Source of the DNA: Candidatus Wolframiiraptor gerlachensis
GTDB taxonomy: Archaea; Thermoproteota; Nitrososphaeria_A; Caldarchaeales; Wolframiiraptoraceae
Assembly: GCA_021323375.2 (NCBI GenBank)
Contig: JAJPCT020000025.1
Coordinates: 1 to 64,000, forward strand
Direction: 5' to 3'
Length of the DNA stretch: 64,000 bases
Shown here: one piece after another, positions 49,480-59,831 of the stretch
Layout of the letters: the number at the start of each line of letters is the position of its first letter
Numbering within the stretch: position 1 is the stretch's first letter
The notes under the pieces: generated by a model
What the model was told of the DNA's origin: nothing
Database searches by the model: none
The model's input: the letters and a program-made list of their open reading frames with translations, nothing else
Made by a program: the position numbers and the translations under genes

Positions 49480-49982
49480 CTCTCTTCAGCAACCCTAGAG
49501 CCGCATAATGGGCAGTAAATGGAGTCTGATGGTATCTGGCGGCCGCATGACGGGCACTCGATAAGCTCCACCTCCTCCTCGGCCATCTCGGCCTCCGGCC
49601 TCGCAGCCTCCTCCACTGCCGCTACCTCTACCTCGCGCTCAATCCCCCGCTCAGCCCTAAGCTCCGCAACGAGGAGAGCCAGCGCTGGGGATGCTATGAG
49701 GCCCAAAGCCAAGTAGGGCCAATCAAAATACACCCGAGATGATGCGGCCAAGAATAATCCCGAGAGATAGTTCGTCAAGAATGATGCAGCGGAGCCCGAG
49801 AGCGGAGGTATGATGGAGTAGTGGCTGCGGATAAGTAGGCCCGAGATGATCGCGGAGGCGATTGCGGCAGACATGATTATGATAACGAGGACCATGTATG
49901 AGCTCGTTAAAGCTGATAGTATGTAAGGTAGCAGGAAGAGAAGGTAGGAGATTATCGAGGTGGCGGCAAACCTACCAATCAA
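49476..49982 (-). CDS. membrane protein with C-terminal zinc ribbon
   Basis: 4 TM helices and CPSCG...YCPLCG. Confidence 0.7.
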   Translation of the reverse strand: MIGRFAATSIISYLLFLLPYILSALTSSYMVLVIIIMSAAIASAIISGLLIRSHYSIIPPLSGSAASFLTNYLSGLFLAASSRVYFDWPYLALGLIASPALALLVAELRAERGIEREVEVAAVEEAARPEAEMAEEEVELIECPSCGRQIPSDSIYCPLCGSRVAEER

Positions 49983-50148
49983 CTCCCAATATACTATCCG
50001 TTGAGCACTATTTTATAGATTATGGTTAATGCATCTCCCCGCGCGGCGCAGGCTTCCAAGATACAATCCTCCAGTAAGATCCATGAACTATCATCGTCAG
50101 ACCTAGTGATGATCATTTTCCTCGAGTAGCTATGCTTCCCATGCTCCA

Positions 50149-51162
50149 GTGACCTGGATCAAAGTTTTTATCCCGAGCTTTGCTCTGGGTGCAAGGATGC
50201 TGGAAGCCATGGTCTCCGGCTTGGTGACATTTTTTCTGGCGCCCGCGGTGATTATGCTGGGAAGGCGGCTCGAGATCGTGGGCGTGGATGTCCATAAGCC
50301 CTGGAAGCCCATCGTTCCGAAGACAGGCGGCCTCGCGATAATCCTCGGCGCGACCGCCGGCATGATCCTCGGAGCACATGTAAGCGGATTCCAGCTCCTC
50401 ATACCAGTAATCCTCTCCTGCCTAGTCGCCGCCTCCATAGGCCTCATAGAAGATCTACGGGGGGAGATAAATCCCAGACTCAAACCCCTCCTGCTCATCT
50501 TCGCATCCCTACCCATCCTTATCTCAGGAGCATATTCTCCTAGGCCGCTCATCCCATTCCTCGGGAGGACGAGGCTCTACAGAGTATATCCCGTGCTAGT
50601 TATAGCATCCTATCCGGTGGTCTGCAACGCCATCAATGGTCTTGATGTCCTCAATGGCTCGGCCCTCCTAACATCCATCCCCTTCCTCATAATGAGCTCC
50701 GTGATCTTCTATATGCGGGGCGACCTCCAGCTCCTCATTCTAAGCCTAGTATTTCTCGCGGCCGCTGTGGCCATGCTCCCTTACAACATGTATCCAGCCA
50801 AGACGTTCATCGGCAACTCTGGGAGCCTCTTCATTGGAGCAGGGATAACCTCCATAGCCATAATGGGGGGCATCGAGGTGGCGGCGATAATAGCCCTCAT
50901 GCCCCATATAATGAACGAGATGTATGTGCTGTTCTCTATTCGAGGGCTCAAATCGGCCAAGAACATCGGCAAAAGGCCCGTCATAGTTGAGGATGGCGTG
51001 CTAACGGCCTCCAAAGACCCAGACGCGCCGATAACGCTCCTGAGGATGATCTGCGCCGGCAATAGGATTGATGAGAGGAGGGCTGTCTATGCCATGACCC
51101 TGATCTCCGCCTTCGCCACGCTCCTTGGATTCCTGACGCACATCCTGCTATTGGGAGGCTGA
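50149..51162 (+). CDS. MraY/GPT-family UDP-GlcNAc:lipid-phosphate transferase (AglH-like)
   Basis: GVDVHKP...VPKTGG, GLIED, NAINGLDVLNG, PAKTFIGNSG. Confidence 0.87.
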   Translation: MTWIKVFIPSFALGARMLEAMVSGLVTFFLAPAVIMLGRRLEIVGVDVHKPWKPIVPKTGGLAIILGATAGMILGAHVSGFQLLIPVILSCLVAASIGLIEDLRGEINPRLKPLLLIFASLPILISGAYSPRPLIPFLGRTRLYRVYPVLVIASYPVVCNAINGLDVLNGSALLTSIPFLIMSSVIFYMRGDLQLLILSLVFLAAAVAMLPYNMYPAKTFIGNSGSLFIGAGITSIAIMGGIEVAAIIALMPHIMNEMYVLFSIRGLKSAKNIGKRPVIVEDGVLTASKDPDAPITLLRMICAGNRIDERRAVYAMTLISAFATLLGFLTHILLLGG

Positions 51163-51168
51163 GCGAGA

Positions 51169-51417
51169 ATGGGCTTGGCGAGAAACATTCTCATGATAAT
51201 TGTTCTCCTGATCCTGGTTTGGGCAATATTCCTCCTTGTAAGCTACGTGATCACTGTTACGGTGCTCTATACGCTAGAGCTTCCCGGAGACACGATTATA
51301 AGCATCGCCAGGGTGGTGCTTGGGCTCATAATCGCCGGAGCATGGATTCTAGGATGGTATAAGCTCACTAAGCTCTGGCTGTACAAAATTCTACTAGCTA
51401 GAAAGCGGGAAACTTAA
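51169..51417 (+). CDS. small two-TM membrane protein
   Basis: Hydrophobic ORF directly after the GPT gene. Confidence 0.6.
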   Translation: MGLARNILMIIVLLILVWAIFLLVSYVITVTVLYTLELPGDTIISIARVVLGLIIAGAWILGWYKLTKLWLYKILLARKRET

Positions 51418-51451
51418 GAGCGGGCGGTTCACTGGTGAAGGCTGACTAGGC

Positions 51452-52417
51452 TTGTGGAAGGATTTGAGCGTCGGCGTTGTCGGGGTCGGCTCCTGGGGCA
51501 GGAATCATGTCAGGGTATTAAGGTCGCTCGGCGTAGCCGTGGCCGCCGTATGCGATGTGAACGAGGAGCGGGCGAGGAGTGTGGCGAGGGAGTATGGTGT
51601 GGAGAGATACTACACGAGCCTTGACGCGATGCTCAGCCGAGAGAGCCTTGACGCCGTGACGATCTGCACGCCTTCGATAACCCATGCGGACTGCGCTGTT
51701 AAGGCGCTTGAGATAGGCCTCCACACCTTCGTCGAGAAACCCCTAGCATCAAACATTGAGGGATGCTTGAGGATAATTGATGCGATGAAGTCTAGCGGCA
51801 GGATAGTCATGACCGGGTTCATCGAGAGGTTCAACCCAGCGGTCAGGAAGGCCATGGAGCTCCTTGAGACCGATGAGATAGGTGAGATACTGATGATCCA
51901 TGGGAGGAGGATTGGCTGGTGGCCCGAGAGGATAGGGGACGTGGGGGTGGTCAAGGACACGGCGATCCACGACATAGATCTTACGAGATTCATCTTGAAA
52001 GAGGATCCAACACAGGTTTATGCTAGGGGTGGGAGACACTTCCACAAGCTCGAGGATCATGTTCAGGCGATACTCTCGTTTGAGAATGGCTTGAAGGCGG
52101 CGTTCATAGAGGCTAACTGGCTCACGCCGAGAAAGAAGAGGGAGATGGAGCTTACGGGGAGCGGCGGCGTCATCTCGATAAAGTTCCTGACCCAGGAGGT
52201 CTCGCTCGAGAAGGCGGACATGGTGATCGAGCCGATAGTGAGGCAGGATGAGCCGCTCAAGCTCGAGCTCCAGCACTTCGTGGAGTGTGTGTCGAGTGGT
52301 GGTAAGCCGCTGGCCGACGCCTTTGACGGGTTAAAGGCCGTGGCCATCGCCGAGGCGATACTCGAGTCCATCGAGACGGGACGGGTCATCGAGCTTGACC
52401 TGAAGAGCATCGTGTAG
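51452..52417 (+). CDS. Gfo/Idh/MocA oxidoreductase (nucleotide-sugar dehydrogenase-like)
   Basis: GVGSWGRNH, VEKP, GFIERFNPA, DVGVVKDTAIHDID. Confidence 0.9.
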   Translation: MWKDLSVGVVGVGSWGRNHVRVLRSLGVAVAAVCDVNEERARSVAREYGVERYYTSLDAMLSRESLDAVTICTPSITHADCAVKALEIGLHTFVEKPLASNIEGCLRIIDAMKSSGRIVMTGFIERFNPAVRKAMELLETDEIGEILMIHGRRIGWWPERIGDVGVVKDTAIHDIDLTRFILKEDPTQVYARGGRHFHKLEDHVQAILSFENGLKAAFIEANWLTPRKKREMELTGSGGVISIKFLTQEVSLEKADMVIEPIVRQDEPLKLELQHFVECVSSGGKPLADAFDGLKAVAIAEAILESIETGRVIELDLKSIV

Positions 52418-52429
52418 GGGTGGCCTAAC

Positions 52430-53476
52430 ATGTCCTCGGAGGTCTGGACCATTAGATGGATTGATGGCGTTGTGGAGATTCTTGATCAGAGGCTTCTACC
52501 TCATAGGGTGAGGTATCTCCGTCTCAGGACGGCGAGGCAGGTGGCTAGGGCCATAAGGGATATGGCGATTAGAGGTGCTCCAGCGATAGGCGTCGCCGCC
52601 GCGATGGGGATGGCGCTAACAGCATATCATTCTAGGGCAAAGGCTCGTGAGAAGATCCTAGAGCAGCTTAGGAGGAGCTATGAGGTTCTGAGGAGCAGCA
52701 GGCCTACGGCCGTGAACCTCTTCTGGGCTCTTGACAGGATGATGAGGCTCGCTGAGTCGCTTGGCAGCATCGAGGAGATCAGGTCTAGGCTCGTGGAGGA
52801 GGCCCTGAGGATAATGGAGGAGGATGTTGAGGCGAATAGGAGGATAGGTGAGAATGGCGCGAGGCTTATAGAGGATGGGGACCGGATACTGACCCACTGT
52901 AATGCTGGGGCCTTGGCGACGGCGGGCTATGGGACTGCTCTCGGCGTGATAAGAGCAGCGCATGCTCAGGGTAAGAAAATCATGGTCTATGCATGCGAGA
53001 CGAGGCCAAAGCTTCAGGGGGCTAAGCTCACTACATGGGAGCTACTAAGAGACGGAATTCCCGTCAAGCTGATAACGGATAACATGGCAGCATTCCTCAT
53101 GCAGCGCGGGGAGGTGGATAAGGTGATCGTTGGAGCGGATAGGATACTCGCGAGGACCGGCCACGTGATAAACAAGATCGGGACACTATGCCACGCGATA
53201 TGCGCGAAATATTATGGGATACCGTTTCTCGTGGCCGCACCCACCTCGACGATAGACTTCGAGAGCAGGCTCGAGGACGTGGTCATAGAGGAGAGGGATC
53301 CGAGGGAGGTTCTCTATATGAATGGTAGGCGGATAGCGCCGGAGGGTGTTGAGGCCTGGAACCCCGCCTTCGACATAACACCACCCGAGCTCGTCACATA
53401 CATAATCACCGAGAAGGGAGTTTACAGGCCGGAGGAGCTCAGAGAAATAGGTTCAGGAGTGTTATCAGGAGAATAG
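52430..53476 (+). CDS. mtnA: methylthioribose-1-phosphate isomerase
   Basis: LDQRLLP, IRGAPAIG, RPTAVNL, THCNAGALAT, ETRPKLQG, NPAFDITP. Confidence 0.95.
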   Translation: MSSEVWTIRWIDGVVEILDQRLLPHRVRYLRLRTARQVARAIRDMAIRGAPAIGVAAAMGMALTAYHSRAKAREKILEQLRRSYEVLRSSRPTAVNLFWALDRMMRLAESLGSIEEIRSRLVEEALRIMEEDVEANRRIGENGARLIEDGDRILTHCNAGALATAGYGTALGVIRAAHAQGKKIMVYACETRPKLQGAKLTTWELLRDGIPVKLITDNMAAFLMQRGEVDKVIVGADRILARTGHVINKIGTLCHAICAKYYGIPFLVAAPTSTIDFESRLEDVVIEERDPREVLYMNGRRIAPEGVEAWNPAFDITPPELVTYIITEKGVYRPEELREIGSGVLSGE

Positions 53477-54068
53477 TTGCAGCTCCTATTGCAAGGGATT
53501 TCAGGCCGGATATGATCAAGTTGCTCCTCGCGATCCTTCCTAAGAATAGGCCTAGAGTGAATAGAAAGCTTAGCGAGAGCCCTAGAGAGATGTAGAAGGC
53601 GAGATGCAGGTTCAGCAAGCCGGAAAGCACGGCGAAATATGGTGATAATGGGACTAGGCCTGCTAGGAGTGCCGCGAGCGCGTCCACTATTGCTGAGAAG
53701 ACTGCAGCCCTCTTCCTCGCCTCTGCTATGATCGAGTTGTCAAGCCTCGTGAGCATCGCTTCCTCGAGCTCTCTTATCCTCCTCTCCTGCTCAGCCCTCT
53801 CAGCCATGTATGTCCCGCTAACGCCCGAGATCGCCATAGCTATTAGGGCGCCAACCCCAGCAGCGACAACATTGCCCGCGCTGGCCTCGCCAAGCAGCGT
53901 CGAGCCGAGAACTATCCCGAGAATCGTCACTACTCCATCAAACGCATTCATGACAGCATATCTCCTAGAGAACTCCCCAGCGCCAGAATACCTCATTATC
54001 CTAGAGATCGAGCCCCTTAACAGCCTGATCATCCCAAGCTCATCTCCATTATTCGAAGACCACCTCAT
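53439..54068 (-). CDS. VIT1/CCC1-family membrane protein
   Basis: RRYAVMNAFDGVVTILG, SGTYMAERAE. Start uncertain. Confidence 0.82.
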   Translation of the reverse strand: MRWSSNNGDELGMIRLLRGSISRIMRYSGAGEFSRRYAVMNAFDGVVTILGIVLGSTLLGEASAGNVVAAGVGALIAMAISGVSGTYMAERAEQERRIRELEEAMLTRLDNSIIAEARKRAAVFSAIVDALAALLAGLVPLSPYFAVLSGLLNLHLAFYISLGLSLSFLFTLGLFLGRIARSNLIISGLKSLAIGAATILLITLLNLFL

Positions 54069-54309
54069 CCACGCTATGAATCGCGCCGCCCAGCTCCCTC
54101 ACCCGCTCCTTCAGCGCCTCGAAGTCTATGTCCCTCCCCTCCACAGTGATCTTCACCGTATCCGTCTCGGCGTCAACCTCCACGACCACCGCTGATACCT
54201 TCTTCACGCCCTCAACCTCAGAGAGCGATCTACAGAACTCGATGAGATCCGGGATATGGGGCTTTAACACATCGAGGACAAGCCTAGACAATGAGGGGCG
54301 TTTAGACAC
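54049..54309 (-). CDS. DUF211 family protein
   Basis: RLVLDVLKPH.P and GGAIHSVDEV. Confidence 0.9.
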   Translation of the reverse strand: MSKRPSLSRLVLDVLKPHIPDLIEFCRSLSEVEGVKKVSAVVVEVDAETDTVKITVEGRDIDFEALKERVRELGGAIHSVDEVVFE

Positions 54310-54444
54310 CCTTTATTCACCCAACCTAGATATCGCCTGTGAGGCCGGGTTAAAAAAGATTAAGCCTCATGCTTAAAATGGCGCGAGTAGAAAGGCCCGA
54401 AACCTTTAATCCTGCTCATAGGAGAATCGGATTACGGGACGAGT

Positions 54445-54529
54445 GCGGCGGTTCCCTAGCCTGGTAGGGGGCAGGCCTGCTAAGCCTGTGGCCCGATGGG
54501 CCGCGCGGGTTCAAATCCCGCCCGCCGCG
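54445..54529 (+). tRNA. tRNA-Ser(GCT), CCA not encoded
   Basis: GCGGCGG/CCGCCGC acceptor, CAGGC-CTGCTAA-GCCTG anticodon arm, long variable arm. Confidence 0.95.
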
Positions 54530-54584
54530 CATCCCACACTCACATTAACATGGGTTTTTAGGGTGGGCTTCTCACCATGTTTGG

Positions 54585-55070
54585 ATGGATTCTAGGCATT
54601 CTATAATGGTTGGCGTTAGCTTCGGCCTGACCTCCGCGGTCATAACTACTCTTGGGCTTATGATCGGCCTTTATTCTGGGACTCAGTCGAGGCTAGCGGT
54701 AATCGGCGGCGTCCTCACCATAGCTTTCGCGGACGCCTTATCTGATGCTCTCGGGATCCATATGTCTGAAGAGTCTGAGGCTAGGCATACATCGGGCGAG
54801 ATCTGGCTCTCGACTATCGCCACGCTTCTCTCGAAGCTAGGCTTCGCCCTCACCTTCCTAATACCACTGCTGCTCCTCGACCTCCAGAGCGCGATCATAG
54901 CGAATGTGACCTGGGGCTTCATACTCCTAGCAGCATTAAGCTATAAGTTCGCGAGGGATAGTGGTGGGAGCTTTATCAGGATCGCGGCAGAGCACCTGAC
55001 CGTCGCCACCGCGGTCATATTTATCGCGCACTTCATCGGTGAGCTCGTCGCAGCATATTTCGGCGAGTGA
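54585..55070 (+). CDS. VIT-family-like membrane protein
   Basis: SFGLTSAVITTLG, IAFADALSDALGIHMSEE. Confidence 0.8.
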   Translation: MDSRHSIMVGVSFGLTSAVITTLGLMIGLYSGTQSRLAVIGGVLTIAFADALSDALGIHMSEESEARHTSGEIWLSTIATLLSKLGFALTFLIPLLLLDLQSAIIANVTWGFILLAALSYKFARDSGGSFIRIAAEHLTVATAVIFIAHFIGELVAAYFGE

Positions 55071-55119
55071 AGGACTCTGCTAATGGTTTATCTTATTCCG
55101 ATCCGAGGTTTTATGCTGA

Positions 55120-55719
55120 ATGCCGGCTGGATTCCTGATAGCTTTAGAGGGCATAGACGGGGCCGGGAAGACCACGCAGGCAAGGCTGCTCGTCAACTGG
55201 CTTAGGGAGAAGGGGTTTGACGCCCGCTACACCTATGAGCCGACTCGCGGGCCCTTTGGCAGGATTCTAAGATCCATGGCCCATTCGAGGGATGTTGATC
55301 CAAGACTTGAGGCTCTCCTCTTCGCAGCCGACAGGCTTCATCATCTCATGTGCGTGATAAGCCCCCTCCTGGAAAGAGGCTTAATCATCGTCTCGGATAG
55401 GTATCTCCACTCCTCGCTAGCTTATCAATCAGTTACAACGGGGGATCAGAGATGGGTTGAGGAGATCAATAAGTTCGCGAGAAGGCCGGATCTCGGGATA
55501 TACCTCGATGTCACCGCATCCGGGGGGCTTAACAGGCTGGCGAGGCGTAGGAAGAGGAGCAGGTTCGAGGATGAGGACTTCCTAGAGCGGGTTAGGGAGA
55601 AGTATCTCGAGTATGTTGAGAGGGGCGAGCTGGTGAAGGTTGATGCCGGGAGGCCGGTGGATGATGTCTTCTCCGAGATCACCTCTATTGTTGAGAATGC
55701 TTTGAGGGATAGGCGATAG
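55120..55719 (+). CDS. tmk: thymidylate kinase
   Basis: EGIDGAGKTT, LFAADR, DRYLHSSLAYQ. Confidence 0.96.
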   Translation: MPAGFLIALEGIDGAGKTTQARLLVNWLREKGFDARYTYEPTRGPFGRILRSMAHSRDVDPRLEALLFAADRLHHLMCVISPLLERGLIIVSDRYLHSSLAYQSVTTGDQRWVEEINKFARRPDLGIYLDVTASGGLNRLARRRKRSRFEDEDFLERVREKYLEYVERGELVKVDAGRPVDDVFSEITSIVENALRDRR

Positions 55720-55754
55720 CGTTTTTATGGGCGGCCTACCATATTCTCGGCGAG

Positions 55755-56966
55755 TTGCCCATTAAGCTGATTAAGGACCCCGTCCACGGGTATATTGAGG
55801 TCTCAAGCGAGGAGCTTCAAGTTGTTGATGCTAGGGCTGTTCAGAGGCTTAGGAGGATAAGCCAGCTCCCCTTTGTATACCTCGTTTATCCGGGTGCCCG
55901 GCATAGCAGATTCGACCACTCGCTCGGATGCATGCATCTTGCAGGCGAGTTCGCGAGGAGCCTCGGGCTGGAGGAGTATAGAGTTAGGGTTCTGAGGATC
56001 GCGGGTCTGCTCCACGATGTCGGCCATACGCCATACTCTCACCTCTTCGAGACGATATTGGAGAGGGCTGGGCTGAGCCATGAGGATATGACTGCTAAGA
56101 TCCTTCGGGAGGATTCCGAGCTTGCTGAGGCCATAGAGAGATGCGGCATCATGCTCAAGGATATCTTGGAGGTGCTTGAGGGGAAGGCGCCTGAGTCTGT
56201 GGTTATCAGCGGGCCGATAGACGCGGATAAGCTCGACTTCCTCGTCCGCGACTCCTATTTCACTGGAGCTCCCTATGGACTAATAGATGTTAGGAGGATA
56301 GTCCTCAGGAGCAGGCTCGTAGATGGGAAGCTCGCGATCAACATAAATGCCGTGGGCGCGGTCGAGGAGATGGCCCTAGCTAGATACCAGAACTTCATGA
56401 ATATTTATCTTCATCATACCGCGAGAGCTGCTCAGATGCTCTTCTTATCCGGCGCCAAGCTACTCGATGAGATCATGAGCCTGCCTAGGATGAGCGTCGA
56501 AGAGTATCTGGGCCACGACGACTATACCGTCTGGTGCCTCATGAAAGCCAATGATAAGACGCGGTGGATCATAGATAGAATAGAGAGGAGGATTATACCC
56601 AAGGTCGCTTACGAGCTTAGGCTGAGAGAGGAAGAGGTCCCAGCGGATGCCCTAAGAAACCCGGAGGAGGTTGTGAGCGACATCTCCTCTCTTTCAGGCG
56701 CGCCAGAGGATAGGATCTGGCTCGACACACCATACATAACATCCCTACCATTTAGGGATGGTGGGAAAATCTCCTTTTACGAGGATCGGTATGGCAAGCC
56801 GAGGACCGTGGAATACTCGTCGCCACTCCTCGAGTTCACGTCGAGAATGCACGTCATCATTAGGGTTTACACGGATCCACCCTTTATCGAGCGGGTTAGG
56901 GCTGCTTCGGAGAAATATTTTGGAGAGAGAATTGAAACCCTTTCCCAAAGATCCTGTGATAGATGA
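55755..56966 (+). CDS. HD-domain phosphohydrolase (dNTPase/SAMHD1-like)
   Basis: DPVHG, QRLRRISQL, HSRFDHSLG, LLHDVGHTPYSH, DADKLDFLVRD. Confidence 0.92.
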   Translation: MPIKLIKDPVHGYIEVSSEELQVVDARAVQRLRRISQLPFVYLVYPGARHSRFDHSLGCMHLAGEFARSLGLEEYRVRVLRIAGLLHDVGHTPYSHLFETILERAGLSHEDMTAKILREDSELAEAIERCGIMLKDILEVLEGKAPESVVISGPIDADKLDFLVRDSYFTGAPYGLIDVRRIVLRSRLVDGKLAININAVGAVEEMALARYQNFMNIYLHHTARAAQMLFLSGAKLLDEIMSLPRMSVEEYLGHDDYTVWCLMKANDKTRWIIDRIERRIIPKVAYELRLREEEVPADALRNPEEVVSDISSLSGAPEDRIWLDTPYITSLPFRDGGKISFYEDRYGKPRTVEYSSPLLEFTSRMHVIIRVYTDPPFIERVRAASEKYFGERIETLSQRSCDR

Positions 56967-57030
56967 GATAGCCACCGACGGCATATGATGCAGCGATCGC
57001 GATGAGGGTTATCGCGAAAATTCTCATCAT
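56896..57030 (-). CDS. possible 44-aa single-TM small protein
   Basis: MMRIFAITLIAIAASYAVGGYLIYHRIFGKGFQFSLQNISPKQP, with TATATA about 30 nt upstream. Confidence 0.35.
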   Translation of the reverse strand: MMRIFAITLIAIAASYAVGGYLIYHRIFGKGFQFSLQNISPKQP

Positions 57031-57104
57031 CCTCAGGTAGGATCTAATGCTCGGCGTCTATATAATCGCATGCTCGCGAACATGTTGTTCGTCTCCTCGA
57101 ATGC

Positions 57105-58586
57105 CTAGACGAATCTTCTGAGTTTTATTGAGAGATCTCCAAGGTTTATCAGGGCCATGGCCCCGACTGTTGGCTCGAGGCCCACGCTTCTCTGATAGCT
57201 TGTCTGCTCCTGCCATGTGCCGGAGTTTATGATCCTAACGCCGCGGTATGATCCCGCATACGCGACATGGACATGGCCCGTGTGGAATACATGTGGAACC
57301 CGGTCTATCACAAGCATATCCTCGGGCGTGGGGATTATGGGCGTGGTCTCGCCATAGATTGGGCAGAGATGCCTACACCTGAGAACGAGCTTCAAAACCT
57401 CCCCAAGATCCCTCTCCAGGCTGCCATGCGAGAACCCGGGGACCTGCTGTATCACGTCATCCAGCCCCTGGCCATGATAAACTAGAAAAGTCCTTCCGGA
57501 GATCCTGATCCAAGCGGGGTTCCCGACGAAGATGAAGCTTTTCCCGGACTTCTCAAGTATCGCGCGATATTTCTCGGGGAGTGGGGGCTGTGGAAGGGCT
57601 CGCTGAACCGGGTCATGGTTTCCCGGGCCCATTATTATCTTCACGCGCCCCGGGATCTCAGACAATAGCCTTGCAAGTTTCTCAAACTGCTCCTCGACTG
57701 AGAATGTCTCAAGCTCCTTATGCTGGTTCGGGTACACGCCCACCCCATCCACCACGTCCCCGGCGATTATCAGGAGCCTGACATTCCTGGCCTCGGGGTC
57801 ATCCTCGCGATTAATCCAGTCTAGGAAGTTCTCGAAGAGATCCTCCCTAAAGTGTTTGCTTCCTGCATGTATGTCGGAGATCATGCAGATGAGCGCTTCT
57901 CGGTCCGTCTTCTCCAAGCGCTCCGCGGCCAAGTCCGGGAGTATGAGCTCCCTCGCGATGAGTGTTTCGCCGCTCTTTACAACCCTCGCCCCGATCACCA
58001 TATCAGGTAATAGCTGCTCCAGACTATCCCCTGAGACACCACCCTTCGGCGCGATTATTCTATGCTCCCCGCTCGGGTCATCCACCCTCAGAATCCACGC
58101 CTTCTCGGACTCCTTCTTCTCGATGAGCATCACGATGACTTTTGCCTCCTGCGACTCCCGGAGCCTCATGGCCTCCCTCAGCAAGATCGCGCCCCTAAGC
58201 CTCTCCCGCAGAAGCCCTGAAAGCTTCTCATACCTGCTCGTGAAATACCTCTGAAACTCCTCGAATGTTCCCTGAATCCTCCACTCTGCTAGAAAACGCT
58301 CATCAACCTCTACCACTAAATCCTCACGCGCTTCCTCGGCTTCCTCTATATCACCCTCCTCAGCCACGACCGGCGACTCTCCAGTCACCTCCCCAACCAA
58401 CTCTATCAGGAGGCGCTCATCAATTATCATGGCCCCGCTCCTCTCCAGCCTATGCATCGCCTCCTCCAATATCTCGAGGGGCGCCTCAGCTCGTTCGAGG
58501 ATCTCTAGAGCTCCCTTAGTCACCGTATATCCCTGGGACGTGGCCTTCTCGATGATCTTCCTTGCTAGGATCTCACGCCTCAACAT
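57105..58586 (-). CDS. DNA polymerase D small (proofreading) subunit DP1
   Basis: OB fold plus ISDIHAGS, AGDVVDG.GVYP, PGNHD, YHG, HTGHVH, NSGTWQ. Confidence 0.95.
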   Translation of the reverse strand: MLRREILARKIIEKATSQGYTVTKGALEILERAEAPLEILEEAMHRLERSGAMIIDERLLIELVGEVTGESPVVAEEGDIEEAEEAREDLVVEVDERFLAEWRIQGTFEEFQRYFTSRYEKLSGLLRERLRGAILLREAMRLRESQEAKVIVMLIEKKESEKAWILRVDDPSGEHRIIAPKGGVSGDSLEQLLPDMVIGARVVKSGETLIARELILPDLAAERLEKTDREALICMISDIHAGSKHFREDLFENFLDWINREDDPEARNVRLLIIAGDVVDGVGVYPNQHKELETFSVEEQFEKLARLLSEIPGRVKIIMGPGNHDPVQRALPQPPLPEKYRAILEKSGKSFIFVGNPAWIRISGRTFLVYHGQGLDDVIQQVPGFSHGSLERDLGEVLKLVLRCRHLCPIYGETTPIIPTPEDMLVIDRVPHVFHTGHVHVAYAGSYRGVRIINSGTWQEQTSYQRSVGLEPTVGAMALINLGDLSIKLRRFV

Positions 58587-58607
58587 CCCTCACAGCCTAT
58601 TGTCCAA

Positions 58608-59819
58608 TTATCTTGCGGCTGATGGCTTATAGTCGAGTAGGGGCGAGAGGAGCTCATCCCCGCGTATCGCCTCCTCGATCTCGTCGGGCGGCGTGAGGAG
58701 TATTATTCTCCGCGTCCTTCCATGCCTGCCCATATTCACCAGCTCGCTCTTCACGACCCCGAGCATGTCTAGCTCCGATATAAGGCTGCTAACCCTCCTA
58801 TCTGTCAAGGGCTCTATGCCGATCTGCTTGCAGACCTCCTTGTATGTCTGGTATACCATGCCTGAGACCGGGCTCGAGACATTGCCCCTCGCGAGGAGGA
58901 GCATGCTGAGGAGGACGAGCTTGCTATGGAGTGGAAGGGTGGATATGGCCTCGAATATCCTGCCGCGCTCTATGATGTTCTGAGCGATCCTCACATGTCT
59001 CTCCTCAACCACCTCATCCCCATTTCTCTCGGCGACCTCGGCGGCGACTCTAAGCAGGTCTATGGCCCTCCTCGCATCACCATGCTCGGATGCGGCAAGC
59101 GCTGCACACAGATTTATGATCTCTTGAGGCACCGCGCCCTCCCTGAAGGCCAGCCTCGCCCTCTCACTCAAGATATCCACGAGCTCTATGGCCGTGTATG
59201 GGTGGAAGACAAGCTCCTCCTCGCTGAGACTGCTAAGAACCCTTGGATCCAAGTAATCCTTGAAATGGAGATCGTTTGAGGTCCCGATCATTGTGAGGCC
59301 ACATCCCTCCATGCCCTCATTTATCCGTGAGAGCTCATAGAGGAGGTTATCGCCATAACTTTTCACAAGCGCGTCAATCTCATCGAAGCAGGCCACAAGT
59401 AGAATCCCCCTTTCCTTTAGCCCTCTCCTAAGTCTCGCGAAGACCTCAGCCTTTGCAAGGCCTGTGAAGGGCACCTTGACGCTTATGCTCTCGCAGAGTT
59501 CCGCCAGCACCCGATACTCCGTCCCAGCTATCCTGCAATTAACATATGCGAAAGCAACAGGCAGATCCTCCTTGGCGACGACCTCCTGAAACCTCTTGAA
59601 TACATAGCGTACTACCGCGGTCTTACCAGTCCCCGTCTTACCATAAATGAAGACATTACTGGGTTTTGAGAGGCTTAGGGCTGGGGATAATATCTCGCCA
59701 AGCCGCCTGATATGCTCATGCCTGTGCGGAAGTTTCTCTGGAACATAATCAGACCTCATCACCTCGCGGTTCACGAATATCCTCGGCCTCTGAAGAGCCT
59801 TCTTTAAAACATCCTCCAA
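58608..59819 (-). CDS. cdc6: Orc1/Cdc6 replication initiator
   Basis: YVPEKLPHR, GKTGTGKT, DEID, LDPRVLSSL, GDARRAIDLLR. Probable start TTG 59819 after a GGAGGGG SD (ORF track starts at 59897). Confidence 0.96.
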   Translation of the reverse strand: MEDVLKKALQRPRIFVNREVMRSDYVPEKLPHRHEHIRRLGEILSPALSLSKPSNVFIYGKTGTGKTAVVRYVFKRFQEVVAKEDLPVAFAYVNCRIAGTEYRVLAELCESISVKVPFTGLAKAEVFARLRRGLKERGILLVACFDEIDALVKSYGDNLLYELSRINEGMEGCGLTMIGTSNDLHFKDYLDPRVLSSLSEEELVFHPYTAIELVDILSERARLAFREGAVPQEIINLCAALAASEHGDARRAIDLLRVAAEVAERNGDEVVEERHVRIAQNIIERGRIFEAISTLPLHSKLVLLSMLLLARGNVSSPVSGMVYQTYKEVCKQIGIEPLTDRRVSSLISELDMLGVVKSELVNMGRHGRTRRIILLTPPDEIEEAIRGDELLSPLLDYKPSAAR

Positions 59820-59831
59820 GGGATCCCCTCC

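Noticed and set aside
50071-50122. Minus-strand C/D-like spacing (AAATGA-N12-CTGA-CGATGA-N12-CTTA)
   Set aside because: Both outer boxes are degenerate and no target was recognised.
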